Source: an uncultured Verrucomicrobiales bacterium
GTDB lineage: Bacteria > Verrucomicrobiota > Verrucomicrobiia > Verrucomicrobiales > DEV007
Direction of reading: 5' to 3'
DNA: 33,138 nucleotides
NCBI GenBank assembly: GCA_938091905.1
Contig: CALKOM010000071.1
Coordinates: forward strand, 1 to 33,138
Shown: positions 9,705 to 19,458 of the stretch, piece after piece
Layout: each line of letters opens with the position of its first letter
Numbering within the stretch: the first letter of the stretch is position 1
The notes under the pieces: model-generated
Databases searched by the model: none
What the model saw: the letters and a program-made list of their open reading frames with translations, nothing else
What the model was told of the DNA's origin: nothing
Position numbers and translations under genes: made by a program

Positions 9705-10307
9705 ATGATCGGACTCATCGACTACGGCGCCGGCAACCTGCACAGCGCCCACAATGCGCTGACGAGGATTGGCGCGTCCTGCCAACTCGTGCGCAGCCCA
9801 GCCGACTTGACCGGCGTCGACCGACTCGTTCTCCCAGGAGTGGGTGCCTGTGTCGACTGCGTCAACCAGCTCAAGGAACAAGACCTGTGGAGCCCACTGC
9901 GTGACTGGTTAGAAGCCGACAAACCTTACTTTGGCATCTGCATCGGCTACCAGATCCTCTTCGATCACAGCGAAGAATTCGAAGGTGCCGATGGCTTAGG
10001 AATCTTGGCAGGCAAGGTTATCCGATTTCCTCGCAATGATCTCAAAGTGCCTCACATGGGCTGGAACGCACTCGACCTCGTCGACCGGTCTGACCCTCTC
10101 TGGCACGGGCTTCCCGAGAATCCCCACGTCTATTTTGTCCACTCGTACTACCCGCAGCCTGAAGACGATGCCGTTGTGAGCGCCCACTGCGACTACGGCC
10201 TCCGCTTCGCTGCCGCTGCCCGCAAAGGGAATATTGTTGGCACCCAGTTCCACCCCGAGAAAAGTCAGGCTCTTGGCCTCGGTATCTTGCGCAACTTCAC
10301 CCTGTAA
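9705..10307 (+). CDS. hisH: Imidazole glycerol phosphate synthase, glutaminase subunit
   Basis: IDYGAGNL, LPGVG, GICIGYQ (catalytic Cys), KVPHMGWN, YFVHSY, QFHPEKS. Confidence 0.93.
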   Translation: MIGLIDYGAGNLHSAHNALTRIGASCQLVRSPADLTGVDRLVLPGVGACVDCVNQLKEQDLWSPLRDWLEADKPYFGICIGYQILFDHSEEFEGADGLGILAGKVIRFPRNDLKVPHMGWNALDLVDRSDPLWHGLPENPHVYFVHSYYPQPEDDAVVSAHCDYGLRFAAAARKGNIVGTQFHPEKSQALGLGILRNFTL

Positions 10308-10405
10308 AGGAAGTCCCAAGACTTCTCCTCTCCGCTCTCCATGGAACTCTCGCGAGTCCCTCTACACTCCCCTTCCGTCGTAGAGGAAGTCCCAAGACTT
10401 CCCCT
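10304..10405. repeat. Three alternating GTAG-type REP units (BIME-like)
   Basis: (+) GTAAAGGAAGTC-CCAA-GACTTC from 10304; (-) GTAGAGGGACTC-GCGA-GAGTTCC at 10343-10365; (+) GTAGAGGAAGTC-CCAA-GACTTCC from 10380. The two outer units match at 24 of 26 nt. Confidence 0.75.
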
Positions 10406-10462
10406 TTCATTGCGGCCCTTCGCATTGCCATCTATCAGCATTTCAGGAACAGTGACGTCATC

Positions 10463-11926
10463 ATGAAGCCATCTGCGTTGTTCGTCCTTCTCTTCATCTT
10501 CATCTTCAGTCTTGGCGTTGCCGCAGCTGCGCCCCCTAACCTCGTGCTCATTCTGAGCGATGATCATCGCCATGATTTCATGGGATTTCATCCCAATGCA
10601 CCTGAGTGGTTGGAAACCCCCAACTTTGATCAGCTCGCTGCCGGTGGCGCCCATCTCGCCAATGCCTTTGTCAGCACCTCGCTGTGCTCTCCAAGCCGCG
10701 CTTCTGTCCTCACAGGCCAGTACATGCATCACCATCGCGTGGTGGACAATCAGCGCCCCGTTCCAGAGGGCACCATGTTCTTCCCCCAGCATCTTCAGAA
10801 TGCAGGCTACCACACGGCTTTCATCGGCAAGTGGCACATGGGACACGAAGAAGACAAACCACGCCCCGGATTCGACCACTGGGTGAGCTTCGTCGGCCAA
10901 GGCGAGTACTTTGATCCCACGCTCAACATCAACGGCGAGCAGAAACAGTTTAAAGGCTACCTCACTGACATTCTAACAGGCCAGGCCTTGGATTGGTTTG
11001 AGAATCAGCGACCGAAAGACAAACCCTTCCTCCTCTATCTCTCTTACAAGGCCGTTCACTATCCCTTCACCCCGGCACCACGCCATCACGGCCGTTACCA
11101 GGACAAGCCTATCCCTTATCCAGAAACGATGGCGAATACTGAAGAGAATTACCGCTCACAATCAAACTGGATCCGCGAACGCCGTTACGGCATCCACGGA
11201 ATTGATCACATGGAAACCGGGGCCTTCGATAAGGATCCCGTACCGTCCTTCGATGATCTCTATTGGCGTTTCTGCGAGACTGTGCATGGCCTCGATGAGA
11301 ATATTGGCAGAGTAATTAAGACGTTAGAGCCTCTTGAGAAAGACACGGTCACCCTCTACATGGGCGACAACGGATTCGCGCTCGGTGAACACGGCTTCTA
11401 CGACAAACGCGATGCCTTTGAAGTCTCCATCCGGGTTCCCATGATCGCCCACGCTCCCGGCCGGATTGCACCAAACACGAGTATCTCACCCATGGTTCAG
11501 AACATTGATCTTGCACCCACCTTGCTCGACTTCGCTGGCGTGAATGTTCCAGACGAGGCTCCCAAGATGGATGGGCGGTCATTCGCTCCTCTTCTCCTCG
11601 GTCAAACTGTGCCTAACTGGCGCAAACACATCCTCTACGAATACCACTGGGAATGGAATTTCCCGGCCATGCCGACCTGCCTCGCCATCCGAACGGACCG
11701 TTACAAATACATCTACTATCACGGTGTCTGGGATCGCAATGGCTTCTATGATCTCGAAACCGACCCTCACGAAGGCCACAATCTCATCAACGTTCCCGCC
11801 TATCAGGAACAAATTCAAGGCCTACGCGAGCAACTCTTCACTGAACTCGCGGATTCGGGCGGAATGACCATGCCCCTGCGCCCCCCCAAAGGGGTCCAGT
11901 TTTATGATCGCAAGCTGAAGCGCTGA
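10463..11926 (+). CDS. Secreted formylglycine-dependent (S1, Cys-type) sulfatase
   Basis: Signal peptide, NLVLILSDDHR, signature LCSPSRASVLTG, GKWH, GDNG, DKR. Subfamily and substrate cannot be assigned by eye. Confidence 0.95.
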   Translation: MKPSALFVLLFIFIFSLGVAAAAPPNLVLILSDDHRHDFMGFHPNAPEWLETPNFDQLAAGGAHLANAFVSTSLCSPSRASVLTGQYMHHHRVVDNQRPVPEGTMFFPQHLQNAGYHTAFIGKWHMGHEEDKPRPGFDHWVSFVGQGEYFDPTLNINGEQKQFKGYLTDILTGQALDWFENQRPKDKPFLLYLSYKAVHYPFTPAPRHHGRYQDKPIPYPETMANTEENYRSQSNWIRERRYGIHGIDHMETGAFDKDPVPSFDDLYWRFCETVHGLDENIGRVIKTLEPLEKDTVTLYMGDNGFALGEHGFYDKRDAFEVSIRVPMIAHAPGRIAPNTSISPMVQNIDLAPTLLDFAGVNVPDEAPKMDGRSFAPLLLGQTVPNWRKHILYEYHWEWNFPAMPTCLAIRTDRYKYIYYHGVWDRNGFYDLETDPHEGHNLINVPAYQEQIQGLREQLFTELADSGGMTMPLRPPKGVQFYDRKLKR

Positions 11927-11992
11927 AGTTCAGTGACGAAATAGCTCATTTCCGGGTAACCTTTCTCCAATGAGCGCTCAGGACAGGTCGAC

Positions 11993-14080
11993 ATGAACTC
12001 TGAAGCCTCCATGACCTGCCCGAAAACGCGGTGCCGCGCTCACCACTGATTCCCCAGAAGGCCTCTGCCCGAGCTGCCTCATGGCCGGCGTGATGGCTCC
12101 TACGGAGCCTTCCGTAAGTAATGCCGCGCCAACGCTCGAAGACATCGCCGAGGTCTTTCCAAGCCTCGAGATCGATTCACTCATTGGTCACGGAGGCATG
12201 GGGGCCGTCTACAAAGCCCGCCAGCCACACTTGGACCGGTGGGTTGCCCTCAAGGTGCTCTCTTCTGGCCTCGCTTCCAATAAAACCTTTGCGGATCGCT
12301 TCTCCAGAGAAGCCCGAGTCTTGGCCAAGCTAAACCATCCTAACATCGTAACGCTTCACGATTTCGGTCAAGCAGGTGGCTATTTCTTTCTACTCATGGA
12401 GCATGTGGATGGTGTGAACCTTCGCCAAGCCATGCGCACGGGCGAGTTTACCCCAGAGCAAGCACTCAACGTCATCCCAAGATCTGCGAGGCCCTCCAAT
12501 ACGAGCATAGCGAAGGTATCCTGCATCGCGACATCAAGCCGGATAACATCTCGTTAGAGTCACGTGGGCACTTGAAGATTGCAGACTTTGGCGTCGCCAA
12601 AGTCGTCGGAACAGAAACCAATCCTTTCTCAACGGGCAACAGCAGCGACACAACACCAGCGCTCACTCACGCGAGCACACCCCAGTACATGGCCCCAGAG
12701 CAAGTCAGCGATCCAAACAAGGTAGATCATCGTGCCGACATCTATTCCTTGGGTGTGGTGTTCTACGAAATGCTCACTGGCGAACTTCACTCAAGAACGT
12801 TCGTGCTACCCTCACAGATCTCTCAAGTCGATGACCGTATTGATGCCGTCGTCCAGCGAGCGCTCGAACAAGAACGGGAACAACGTCAGTAAAGTGCCGA
12901 CGAGGTTCGCACCGAAGTCGAGACGATTGCGCAGACACCACCACCTATCCCAATGCCGCACGTGAAGCCTCGGCTGGGTCCAGGCTGGGCAGTCACCTTC
13001 GTAGCCCTCGGCCTCGTAGTGCCACTGCTCGCGGTGATGGGGCTTCGGTTCCAAATGGTGAAAGAAACGCGGACGAAGGCAGAAGCCTACGAAGCTTTCA
13101 AACTAGCAACCACTGAACTGCACTCCCAGATTGCTCAAGAATCCGATCTCTCAGAAACTAACATGCTCCGTGAGAGACTCGCAAACCTTGAATCCGAACG
13201 CATCAGAGCACAACACGCCCTGGACGGTGCTGTCTCAGCGAAAGGGGTCAGTCTGATTGCCCTCCTGGTTATAGGTCTGCCTTTCGTAGGTATCGGCACC
13301 TGGCGAGGGTGGACGCACCTAAAAGATTTACGGTCTGGTCGCTTAAACCAAGGAGGCGGTCGGGCGATGTTCGCAGCTCTATTCCTCCCTCTCATTGTCC
13401 TCTTTGGCGCCGTCTTTGCGCTCATTTATGTTCCGGCATCGAATGCCACAGGCGCCGCACGATCGATAGGAACGTCACTCGCATTCGTCGGCGCCTTCGG
13501 AGCCTGCTTCTGGCTCGCACGAAGTACTTGGCGCTGGGCTTACCGAATCGAAGCCCCTTCACGTGCGGGGCATTTCCGATCGGCTAGCACAACGATCAAA
13601 CTCTTGGCGATCCTCCTAATCCTAGCCATCATTGCCGTTCCCGTCATGCTTGTCGTCTATTGGAGTATGGCAGCTGCCCCAAGCTCGTCGTTCACCACAC
13701 CAGCCTCCGCATCCGTTGGGAACAACACGAATTCCACTTACTGTGTCTATGAAGGAACCGATATTCACTTCATCCTCCACTACGCGGGCGACTTCAGCAC
13801 CAGTACTTCGAGTTCCTCCAATGCAGTCAACCGTGCCTGGAACAACGACGGCACGATCATCTTACCTAATGATCGCACCGTAGCCTTCTTCCGGCACTCT
13901 GGAGATCCAAGCACCCTGCGGCTTAACGGGAAAGTCTATTATTTGGATGAAGGCCGTGTCTTCTCCATCCATTCTCCCTCAGACATCAGACAACTTGACT
14001 TCCCCACGGAGGTCGTGAACGACCAACAAGATCTAGAGCGTTTCTCTAGCGACTTGGTGCAGAGCCAACTCTTACCATGA
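11993..14080 (+). pseudogene. Disrupted membrane-bound Hanks-type Ser/Thr kinase (N-terminal Cys cluster, kinase, about 5 TM, exported C-domain)
   Basis: Reconstructs as MNSEASMTCPK/RGAALTTDSPEGLCPSCLM...GHGGMGAVY...VALK...VIP/ICEALQYEHSEGILHRDIKPDN...DFG...YMAPE...EQRQ*SADEVRTEVETI. Frameshifts near 12023-12026 and 12476-12480; in-frame TAA at 12890-12892. Confidence 0.87.
12953..14080 (+). CDS. Still-open membrane/sensor portion of the broken kinase (may or may not be translated)
   Basis: 375 uninterrupted codons with about five hydrophobic helices, in frame with the kinase C-lobe. Stop overlaps the sigma start (ATGA). Confidence 0.45.
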   Translation: MPHVKPRLGPGWAVTFVALGLVVPLLAVMGLRFQMVKETRTKAEAYEAFKLATTELHSQIAQESDLSETNMLRERLANLESERIRAQHALDGAVSAKGVSLIALLVIGLPFVGIGTWRGWTHLKDLRSGRLNQGGGRAMFAALFLPLIVLFGAVFALIYVPASNATGAARSIGTSLAFVGAFGACFWLARSTWRWAYRIEAPSRAGHFRSASTTIKLLAILLILAIIAVPVMLVVYWSMAAAPSSSFTTPASASVGNNTNSTYCVYEGTDIHFILHYAGDFSTSTSSSSNAVNRAWNNDGTIILPNDRTVAFFRHSGDPSTLRLNGKVYYLDEGRVFSIHSPSDIRQLDFPTEVVNDQQDLERFSSDLVQSQLLP

Positions 14081-14769
14081 GTAGCGACGCCTTCTTCACC
14101 ACGCGCTGGACTCGTGTGGCCCGGTCTCGTGGCAATTCGGAAGAGGCAAAACTCGCACTTTCCGAACTCTGTGAGGCCTACTACGATCCTGTGCACGGCT
14201 TCATCCGCGTCACAGTGCGTGATAATGAGAAGGCTAACGATCTCACTCAGGGTTTCTTCGCCAATGTACTAAGTCGGTCCGCCTTTGATGGCGCGGACCC
14301 AAACCGAGGGCGATTCCGAGCCTTCTTGTTAGGCGCAATAAAACACTATCTTTGGGATCGCAGGCGTCACAAACAAACCGCCAAGCGAGGTGGTGGCGAA
14401 GCAACCTTGCCGCTGGAAGAAGAGCAAGCGGCCAGCGCCCAGCTGCCTCCAGATCAAGAGTTTGATCGGCGCTGGGCCCTCACCATTCTTGGCAAGGCAC
14501 TGACTGAGCTTCGTGAGTCCATGAAGGCGAACGACGACTTAGCCAAATTCGATGCGCTAAAGCCATGGCTCACGGGGGATTCCGCAGGCTTACTTCAAAC
14601 GGAGGCTGCTGATCAGTTAGGTCTAAGCGAATCGGCGAGAAAAGTGGCCATCCATCGACTGCGCCGCCGATTTCGTGAAACCGTAAAGGCCGAAATTGCT
14701 CAGACGCTGGACAATGTAGATCACATCGACGCCGAGTTGGCTTACATGCAACAGGCCCTTCGGCCCTGA
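14077..14769 (+). CDS. ECF sigma-70 factor of the kinase-associated PVC type
   Basis: N-terminal FFTTRWTRV, ALSELCEAYY, sigma2 KANDLTQGFF and GRFRAFL, sigma4 HTH AADQLGLSESARKVAIHRLRRRFRE. Confidence 0.92.
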   Translation: MSSDAFFTTRWTRVARSRGNSEEAKLALSELCEAYYDPVHGFIRVTVRDNEKANDLTQGFFANVLSRSAFDGADPNRGRFRAFLLGAIKHYLWDRRRHKQTAKRGGGEATLPLEEEQAASAQLPPDQEFDRRWALTILGKALTELRESMKANDDLAKFDALKPWLTGDSAGLLQTEAADQLGLSESARKVAIHRLRRRFRETVKAEIAQTLDNVDHIDAELAYMQQALRP

Positions 14770-14775
14770 AACGCA

Positions 14776-14807
14776 GAACGGGCAGAGCGTTGCCGCCCTG
14801 CCCGTTC
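14776..14807. terminator. Hairpin between convergent genes, probable bidirectional terminator
   Basis: GAACGGGCAG(a)GCG-ttgc-CGC(c)CTGCCCGTTC between the sigma stop (14769) and the 1486-aa gene stop (14838). Confidence 0.6.
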
Positions 14808-14837
14808 CTTAATCGTTTTAGTATCGTCTCAGCGATG

Positions 14838-17800
14838 TTACTGCTTCGCTCGATAGAATCCGGCAGGAGCAGCGATTCGATCTGCGTCCGTCTCTTCGAG
14901 CGCGCCACTGACGCCAGGAGCGATGACTTCCCAGTTCTCAAGGTCAGTCGAGTATTCGATGTCCGCTGTGCCTCCATCAGAAATGGTAAGTCCGAAGACA
15001 CCGTTCTCCGTAATGCCGACCCCTTCCAAGAATAGATCATTGGCAGGAGGCGTAACCGTGGGCAGCAATGTCAGGGGCGTCTCAGCGCCATTGAACAAGT
15101 CTAACAAGTCGCTTTCGCTCAGAGACACATCCCAAATAGAGATGTCGTCCATCAACCCATCGAAGTTACGCGCTGTGCCACAGCAATTGTCCTTACCAAA
15201 GAACCATGAGGTGTTCATGTTCATTTGCGCTAGCTGGGGTATCGCATTGACGGCGGAGTTCAGTTCACCGCCTGAACCGACGTACAAGGTCGCTTGGTCT
15301 TTCGTTAATGAAAGGGCAATGAAGACCCACTCATTTGCTGGAATGGCGACCCCGCTCTCGAAGCCCCAGGAGGTGTCGGAATTGTCATTCCACGTGTAGC
15401 CTAAGTTCCCAGAGCCACCACTGAAACCGATGCCTATCGGCTGATCAGGAGCCGCCCCGCCGCGTGCTTGAATCAGCCCAGACCAATCCCCTGTGTGGGC
15501 GCCGTTAATCCAACCCGTGATCGTGATCTGCTCGAATGTCTTGCCTGTGGCAGGCACTTCGACATAACTGCCGCCACCATCCTCACCGGTGACCTCAAAG
15601 GCCCCGCCACTCACGCCCGCACCCCAGGTACCGCCGACCAGTGTACCGTCGAGGCCATTGCCACTCGCGTCTGCCACGGTCGTGCCTGCACCTTCATCGG
15701 CTGGCCAATAACCCACCAAGTTTGGAGAGGGATCAACATCGACACCAGGATCACGAACACCGCTCGCCATGACCGCTTGGATGGCTGCTTGGTCAAGTGC
15801 ACCATCCCAAAGACCGATGTCGTCGATGTCTCCAACGAACCGGAAACCCGTTCCGAAGTCTTGTCCGGAACCGATATTGAACGGCGTGGTGTCGTTCGGT
15901 GTGATCGAATCATTCGATTCCACTTCTAACTCACCATTTACATAGAGACGCTTCGTTTCCGTAGCGTCATCATAGGTGATCGCCAGATGCTGCCACTCAC
16001 CTATGTTGACCGCAGGACCATCGAGAACTTGCCAGTTGCCAGCATCCGGACCGTTGCCACTCCAGAATGTCCACACCCCTGCAGGCTCATTGTCATAGAT
16101 CAAATAGCCTTGAGACATTTCGCCATCGTTGAAAAGATCGTGACGACTCGTCACGGGAGAGTTCCACGCACCCGCTCCGCCATCGGATCTGGCCCAGAGC
16201 GCCAACGTGAAGCTTTCTGGATTCAGTTCGCTACTCCAATCGTGCTGGATCAAACTACTCGTGCCATTAAAAGAAGCGGATGTACCGGTGCTTCCGTTAG
16301 CACCAGCAGCGCCGTAAGTGACATCCGTTTCCGTGCTGGCAACGAAACCGCCGACGGTAGAATTGCCATCGGCGTCAAGCGGGAAGTGAGCAATCAGGGA
16401 AGGTTCGACCTGAACCATCACGGTGATATCATCACCAGCCTCGCGACCAACATTGAACGCGTAGAGAAATCCACCAGAGGCGTCCGTCACAATGAAACCA
16501 CTGAGGCCAGGATCCACACCATTGTCGGTGCCGCTGACAATCATGATTTCCTGCGAATCTCCGCTAGCTGTGAATGAGCCAATGACAGAGCTATTCCCCC
16601 GTGGGAAATCATCGCTGACATTACCCATGCCGTCATCACCTGCCTGATTGCGCGTGTTACAACAACCACGGGTGTCTCCAGCTCCTAACAGTTGCACTTG
16701 GTAACTTTGGCCTGCGGTCAAGCCATCCAGGGTAATGGAAGCCCCGTCCCCATTCCAACCATGACTATTGTAGACCGAGTCTAGAATGTCGTCGCCCGTT
16801 GTGCCGCCGTCGCCAGTCCAGAAGGTCCCTTCAGCGTTTCCGCCATCATAAGCGAATGGAGCAAACGTAATCGAAGGACCACCGATAAGATCGCCCACTT
16901 GGGTATCGAGATCAACGTCTCCCCACGTGATAGCACCGGCAGGTCCTGCTATGCTCTGCACCGCATTGTCGAGGCCTGAAGCAATGAAGTTTGCTCCGCC
17001 ATGATCGCCAGCGTCGTTCGTCCAATCACCATTGAAGTAGCGAACATCGATCGGATAAAAGCCAGGCTCCGGGAAGAAGACCGTGCCACTAACATCGGCA
17101 TTGCCATGCCCATTATCATTATTGATCACTAACTGATTGGCGACATAAAGAACGGAGCCATCATCCGAAGTGAAGTCGATCTGCTGATTTCCAGCCTTGT
17201 CGGCGTAAAGGAAGCCTTCAAACCGGAACAGGCCATCTCCGATGATACCGTCGGTTCCCTCAAAGGAAGCGCCGTCGTCGGCAAGCCACTCGGTGACCGG
17301 CGTGAGATCGTTTCCTTCGTACCTAAAGCCAGTCGCCGTGAACGTTCCTGCAGGATCCGTCGCATAGGTATCGTCAGCGAAACCAGAGCTATCACCACCA
17401 TCACCCGCACGGTGTAGCGGCTCACCTTCTGTCGGGATCTCCTTGGGCTCAAGGAGCCAGTAGCTCGCCGAAAGACCAGCCGGACCAGCAGCTTCCGCAC
17501 CACCCGCAACGAAACCTGACACTTCATCCGTACCAAGCACGACAGATCCTGGCTCCGGCTGCGGTCCCAAGGGAACGTCACCCGCACCTAACACCGTTCC
17601 TGGCGTAGCAAAGAGTTCGGCCACATCTTCTGCTGAGATGACGCGGTCGTAGATCTGCACATCATCAATCAGTCCAGAGAAGGCTAGGCCACCTTCAAAC
17701 GCACCAATGTAATAACTATCAAGAGGATCAATCGAGACTTCGACAGGGCTGTCCTGGGTGGCGACCGGCACGCCATCGAGATAGAGGACCGCTTGATCCG

Positions 17801-19298
17801 CGGTGTAGCTCGCGGCGACGTGATACTTCGTGCCTGCCGCAATCGCGCCTGGCACACTGAACTCCGGTTCCTCGCCCGAGAACCAGCTTAAGTCACCATT
17901 CTGCACCAGGACGGCAAAGGTCGGTGTGCTCACACCTTGACCAATCAACGTCTGCAACGGGGAGAGTTCCGATGGCTGGATCCACATAGAGACTGTGAAG
18001 TCGGTGATCTCACCAATACCTTCCCCAGGAATAACACCTTGAGAACCTCTACTAACATTGAGCGATCCGCCTGTCGCTAAACCTTCGCCTCCTAACGTCG
18101 CTCCGTCTAAGGTACCATGCCGGTTGTAGCCAGTCACATCACGAATCTCCGTGCCACCGGCGTCATCGTCCATCGCGTAGTGGGCTGCCGGTCCGGTGAA
18201 ATTGATTACAGAGGCATTCACCCGAGTCGAAACCGTCTGCTCTCCCGGATCGACGGCATTACTTTGGATCTCAACGTTGAAATCAAACGCTCCTGTCCGA
18301 CCTCCTGGATCTAGCGTGACTGCAAGCTTGCCAACGCTGCTTGGTGGAACACTCGCAAGCTCCCCAACGGTAACAAGATCCTTGTCCGACCCAGTGACAG
18401 TGATACTCGAGATCATCAAGGTGTTCTCTGTCCCAACATTCGCCACATCAATCTCGAAGTCCACAGCCTCACCCGCAGACACCCGCCCAAGATCGATCGA
18501 GGACTTCACAAAGGGATCAGGACCCGGCCCCTCAGGTTGGAGCAGTTCCACATCGGGAAAGTCTGCCGCCAAATGCCATTGCTCCGGGAGTGCGTCCCCC
18601 CAGCTAAGCTGGGTTTGTCGTTCGCCGGCGGGCTCGTCGTCATCATTGACAGCCACGCCGAAGCCAAAGAATCCGCGATCAAGGATGTCGGCAGGATTAC
18701 TGCCTTCTTCGGTTAGGGTAGACCAAGGGATAGCCCACTCGATGGAGTAACCTGTGTCTGAAGTATTGGCAACCGCATTCAAGTCAGCCGAATCTCCATT
18801 GTTAGTCACCCAACGCTCGTGATTGATGCCATTGGTAACCTCAACCTCACCCGGAATCAACGTTAGCTGATAGACCGGGTGCTCTTTATCTGCATTGTAG
18901 TCAACCACCGCTGGGTCGTCGCCCTTACCCCGCGCCTCGGCGTCGATGTACAGCTCAAAACTATCATCTTGCCAAGCATCGGGCCCGTCATCTGAGAAGA
19001 ATTCGTCCGTAACGACCGCGTAGAAATACAGATTCTCGTCGTCCCAGAGCGCCTTCCACGTTGCCGAGAGATCATCAGCATCACCAGGCATGTCACCGAC
19101 AGCGGTGAATTCTTCGCCGGTCATTGCATATTCATTGGCCGTCGCCCAAGCGGCGTCATCGGGAGTGCCATCGATGACAATGGCAGAGGAGGTATGTCTG
19201 ATGGAGCCTTTGATGTCTTGCGCATTGGCCGCAGAGATACCCGCAAATATAGTTGCCAATGCCATACACCAAGAAGCTAACGTAGGGACTCTTGTCAT
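14838..19298 (-). CDS. Large secreted acidic multi-lectin-like protein: CBM9-like, Ig-like, LamG, PA14, unknown beta-domain, LamG, LamG, short C-terminal module
   Basis: Signal peptide (ANA-Q). CBM9/DOMON-like motifs IDG..D..W, LWDDENLY, DSFELYID, EWAIPW. Three LamG domains ending F.G.IDD..I[YW]D. PA14 motif SDDGS.LYV...VINNDNGHG. Ends IEYSTDLENW...GFYRAKQ. Confidence 0.88.
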   Translation of the reverse strand: MTRVPTLASWCMALATIFAGISAANAQDIKGSIRHTSSAIVIDGTPDDAAWATANEYAMTGEEFTAVGDMPGDADDLSATWKALWDDENLYFYAVVTDEFFSDDGPDAWQDDSFELYIDAEARGKGDDPAVVDYNADKEHPVYQLTLIPGEVEVTNGINHERWVTNNGDSADLNAVANTSDTGYSIEWAIPWSTLTEEGSNPADILDRGFFGFGVAVNDDDEPAGERQTQLSWGDALPEQWHLAADFPDVELLQPEGPGPDPFVKSSIDLGRVSAGEAVDFEIDVANVGTENTLMISSITVTGSDKDLVTVGELASVPPSSVGKLAVTLDPGGRTGAFDFNVEIQSNAVDPGEQTVSTRVNASVINFTGPAAHYAMDDDAGGTEIRDVTGYNRHGTLDGATLGGEGLATGGSLNVSRGSQGVIPGEGIGEITDFTVSMWIQPSELSPLQTLIGQGVSTPTFAVLVQNGDLSWFSGEEPEFSVPGAIAAGTKYHVAASYTADQAVLYLDGVPVATQDSPVEVSIDPLDSYYIGAFEGGLAFSGLIDDVQIYDRVISAEDVAELFATPGTVLGAGDVPLGPQPEPGSVVLGTDEVSGFVAGGAEAAGPAGLSASYWLLEPKEIPTEGEPLHRAGDGGDSSGFADDTYATDPAGTFTATGFRYEGNDLTPVTEWLADDGASFEGTDGIIGDGLFRFEGFLYADKAGNQQIDFTSDDGSVLYVANQLVINNDNGHGNADVSGTVFFPEPGFYPIDVRYFNGDWTNDAGDHGGANFIASGLDNAVQSIAGPAGAITWGDVDLDTQVGDLIGGPSITFAPFAYDGGNAEGTFWTGDGGTTGDDILDSVYNSHGWNGDGASITLDGLTAGQSYQVQLLGAGDTRGCCNTRNQAGDDGMGNVSDDFPRGNSSVIGSFTASGDSQEIMIVSGTDNGVDPGLSGFIVTDASGGFLYAFNVGREAGDDITVMVQVEPSLIAHFPLDADGNSTVGGFVASTETDVTYGAAGANGSTGTSASFNGTSSLIQHDWSSELNPESFTLALWARSDGGAGAWNSPVTSRHDLFNDGEMSQGYLIYDNEPAGVWTFWSGNGPDAGNWQVLDGPAVNIGEWQHLAITYDDATETKRLYVNGELEVESNDSITPNDTTPFNIGSGQDFGTGFRFVGDIDDIGLWDGALDQAAIQAVMASGVRDPGVDVDPSPNLVGYWPADEGAGTTVADASGNGLDGTLVGGTWGAGVSGGAFEVTGEDGGGSYVEVPATGKTFEQITITGWINGAHTGDWSGLIQARGGAAPDQPIGIGFSGGSGNLGYTWNDNSDTSWGFESGVAIPANEWVFIALSLTKDQATLYVGSGGELNSAVNAIPQLAQMNMNTSWFFGKDNCCGTARNFDGLMDDISIWDVSLSESDLLDLFNGAETPLTLLPTVTPPANDLFLEGVGITENGVFGLTISDGGTADIEYSTDLENWEVIAPGVSGALEETDADRIAAPAGFYRAKQ

Positions 19299-19458
19299 GG
19301 GATTTATGGTTAGTGGGGTTAGTAATTCAGGTGAAAATCAAGCAGTATGCGAAGCAGTTCTCCTTCATGTCGAGAAGAATCCATACAATCTTCCGACCTC
19401 CACGCGATCGGTTAATCTTCCAAACTAGCCAAAGATCAGTCCACCTAACAGTAACCTT

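Noticed and set aside
6663..9881. Long antisense ORFs opposite gap, pgk and tpiA (e.g. 308 aa at 6663-7589)
   Set aside because: Typical shadow frames of codon-biased, highly expressed genes.
9705..10307. hisH without adjacent hisF/hisA as a novel amidotransferase
   Set aside because: All HisH motifs are canonical and scattered his genes are common.
10304..10405. Mini-CRISPR (two 26-bp palindromic direct repeats with a 50-bp spacer)
   Set aside because: The 'spacer' contains an inverted related hairpin unit, there are only two repeats and no cas genes. A REP cluster explains it better.
11950..11992. GTAACC-containing segment as an autoregulatory ECF promoter
   Set aside because: A single instance with no known consensus for this sigma to compare against.
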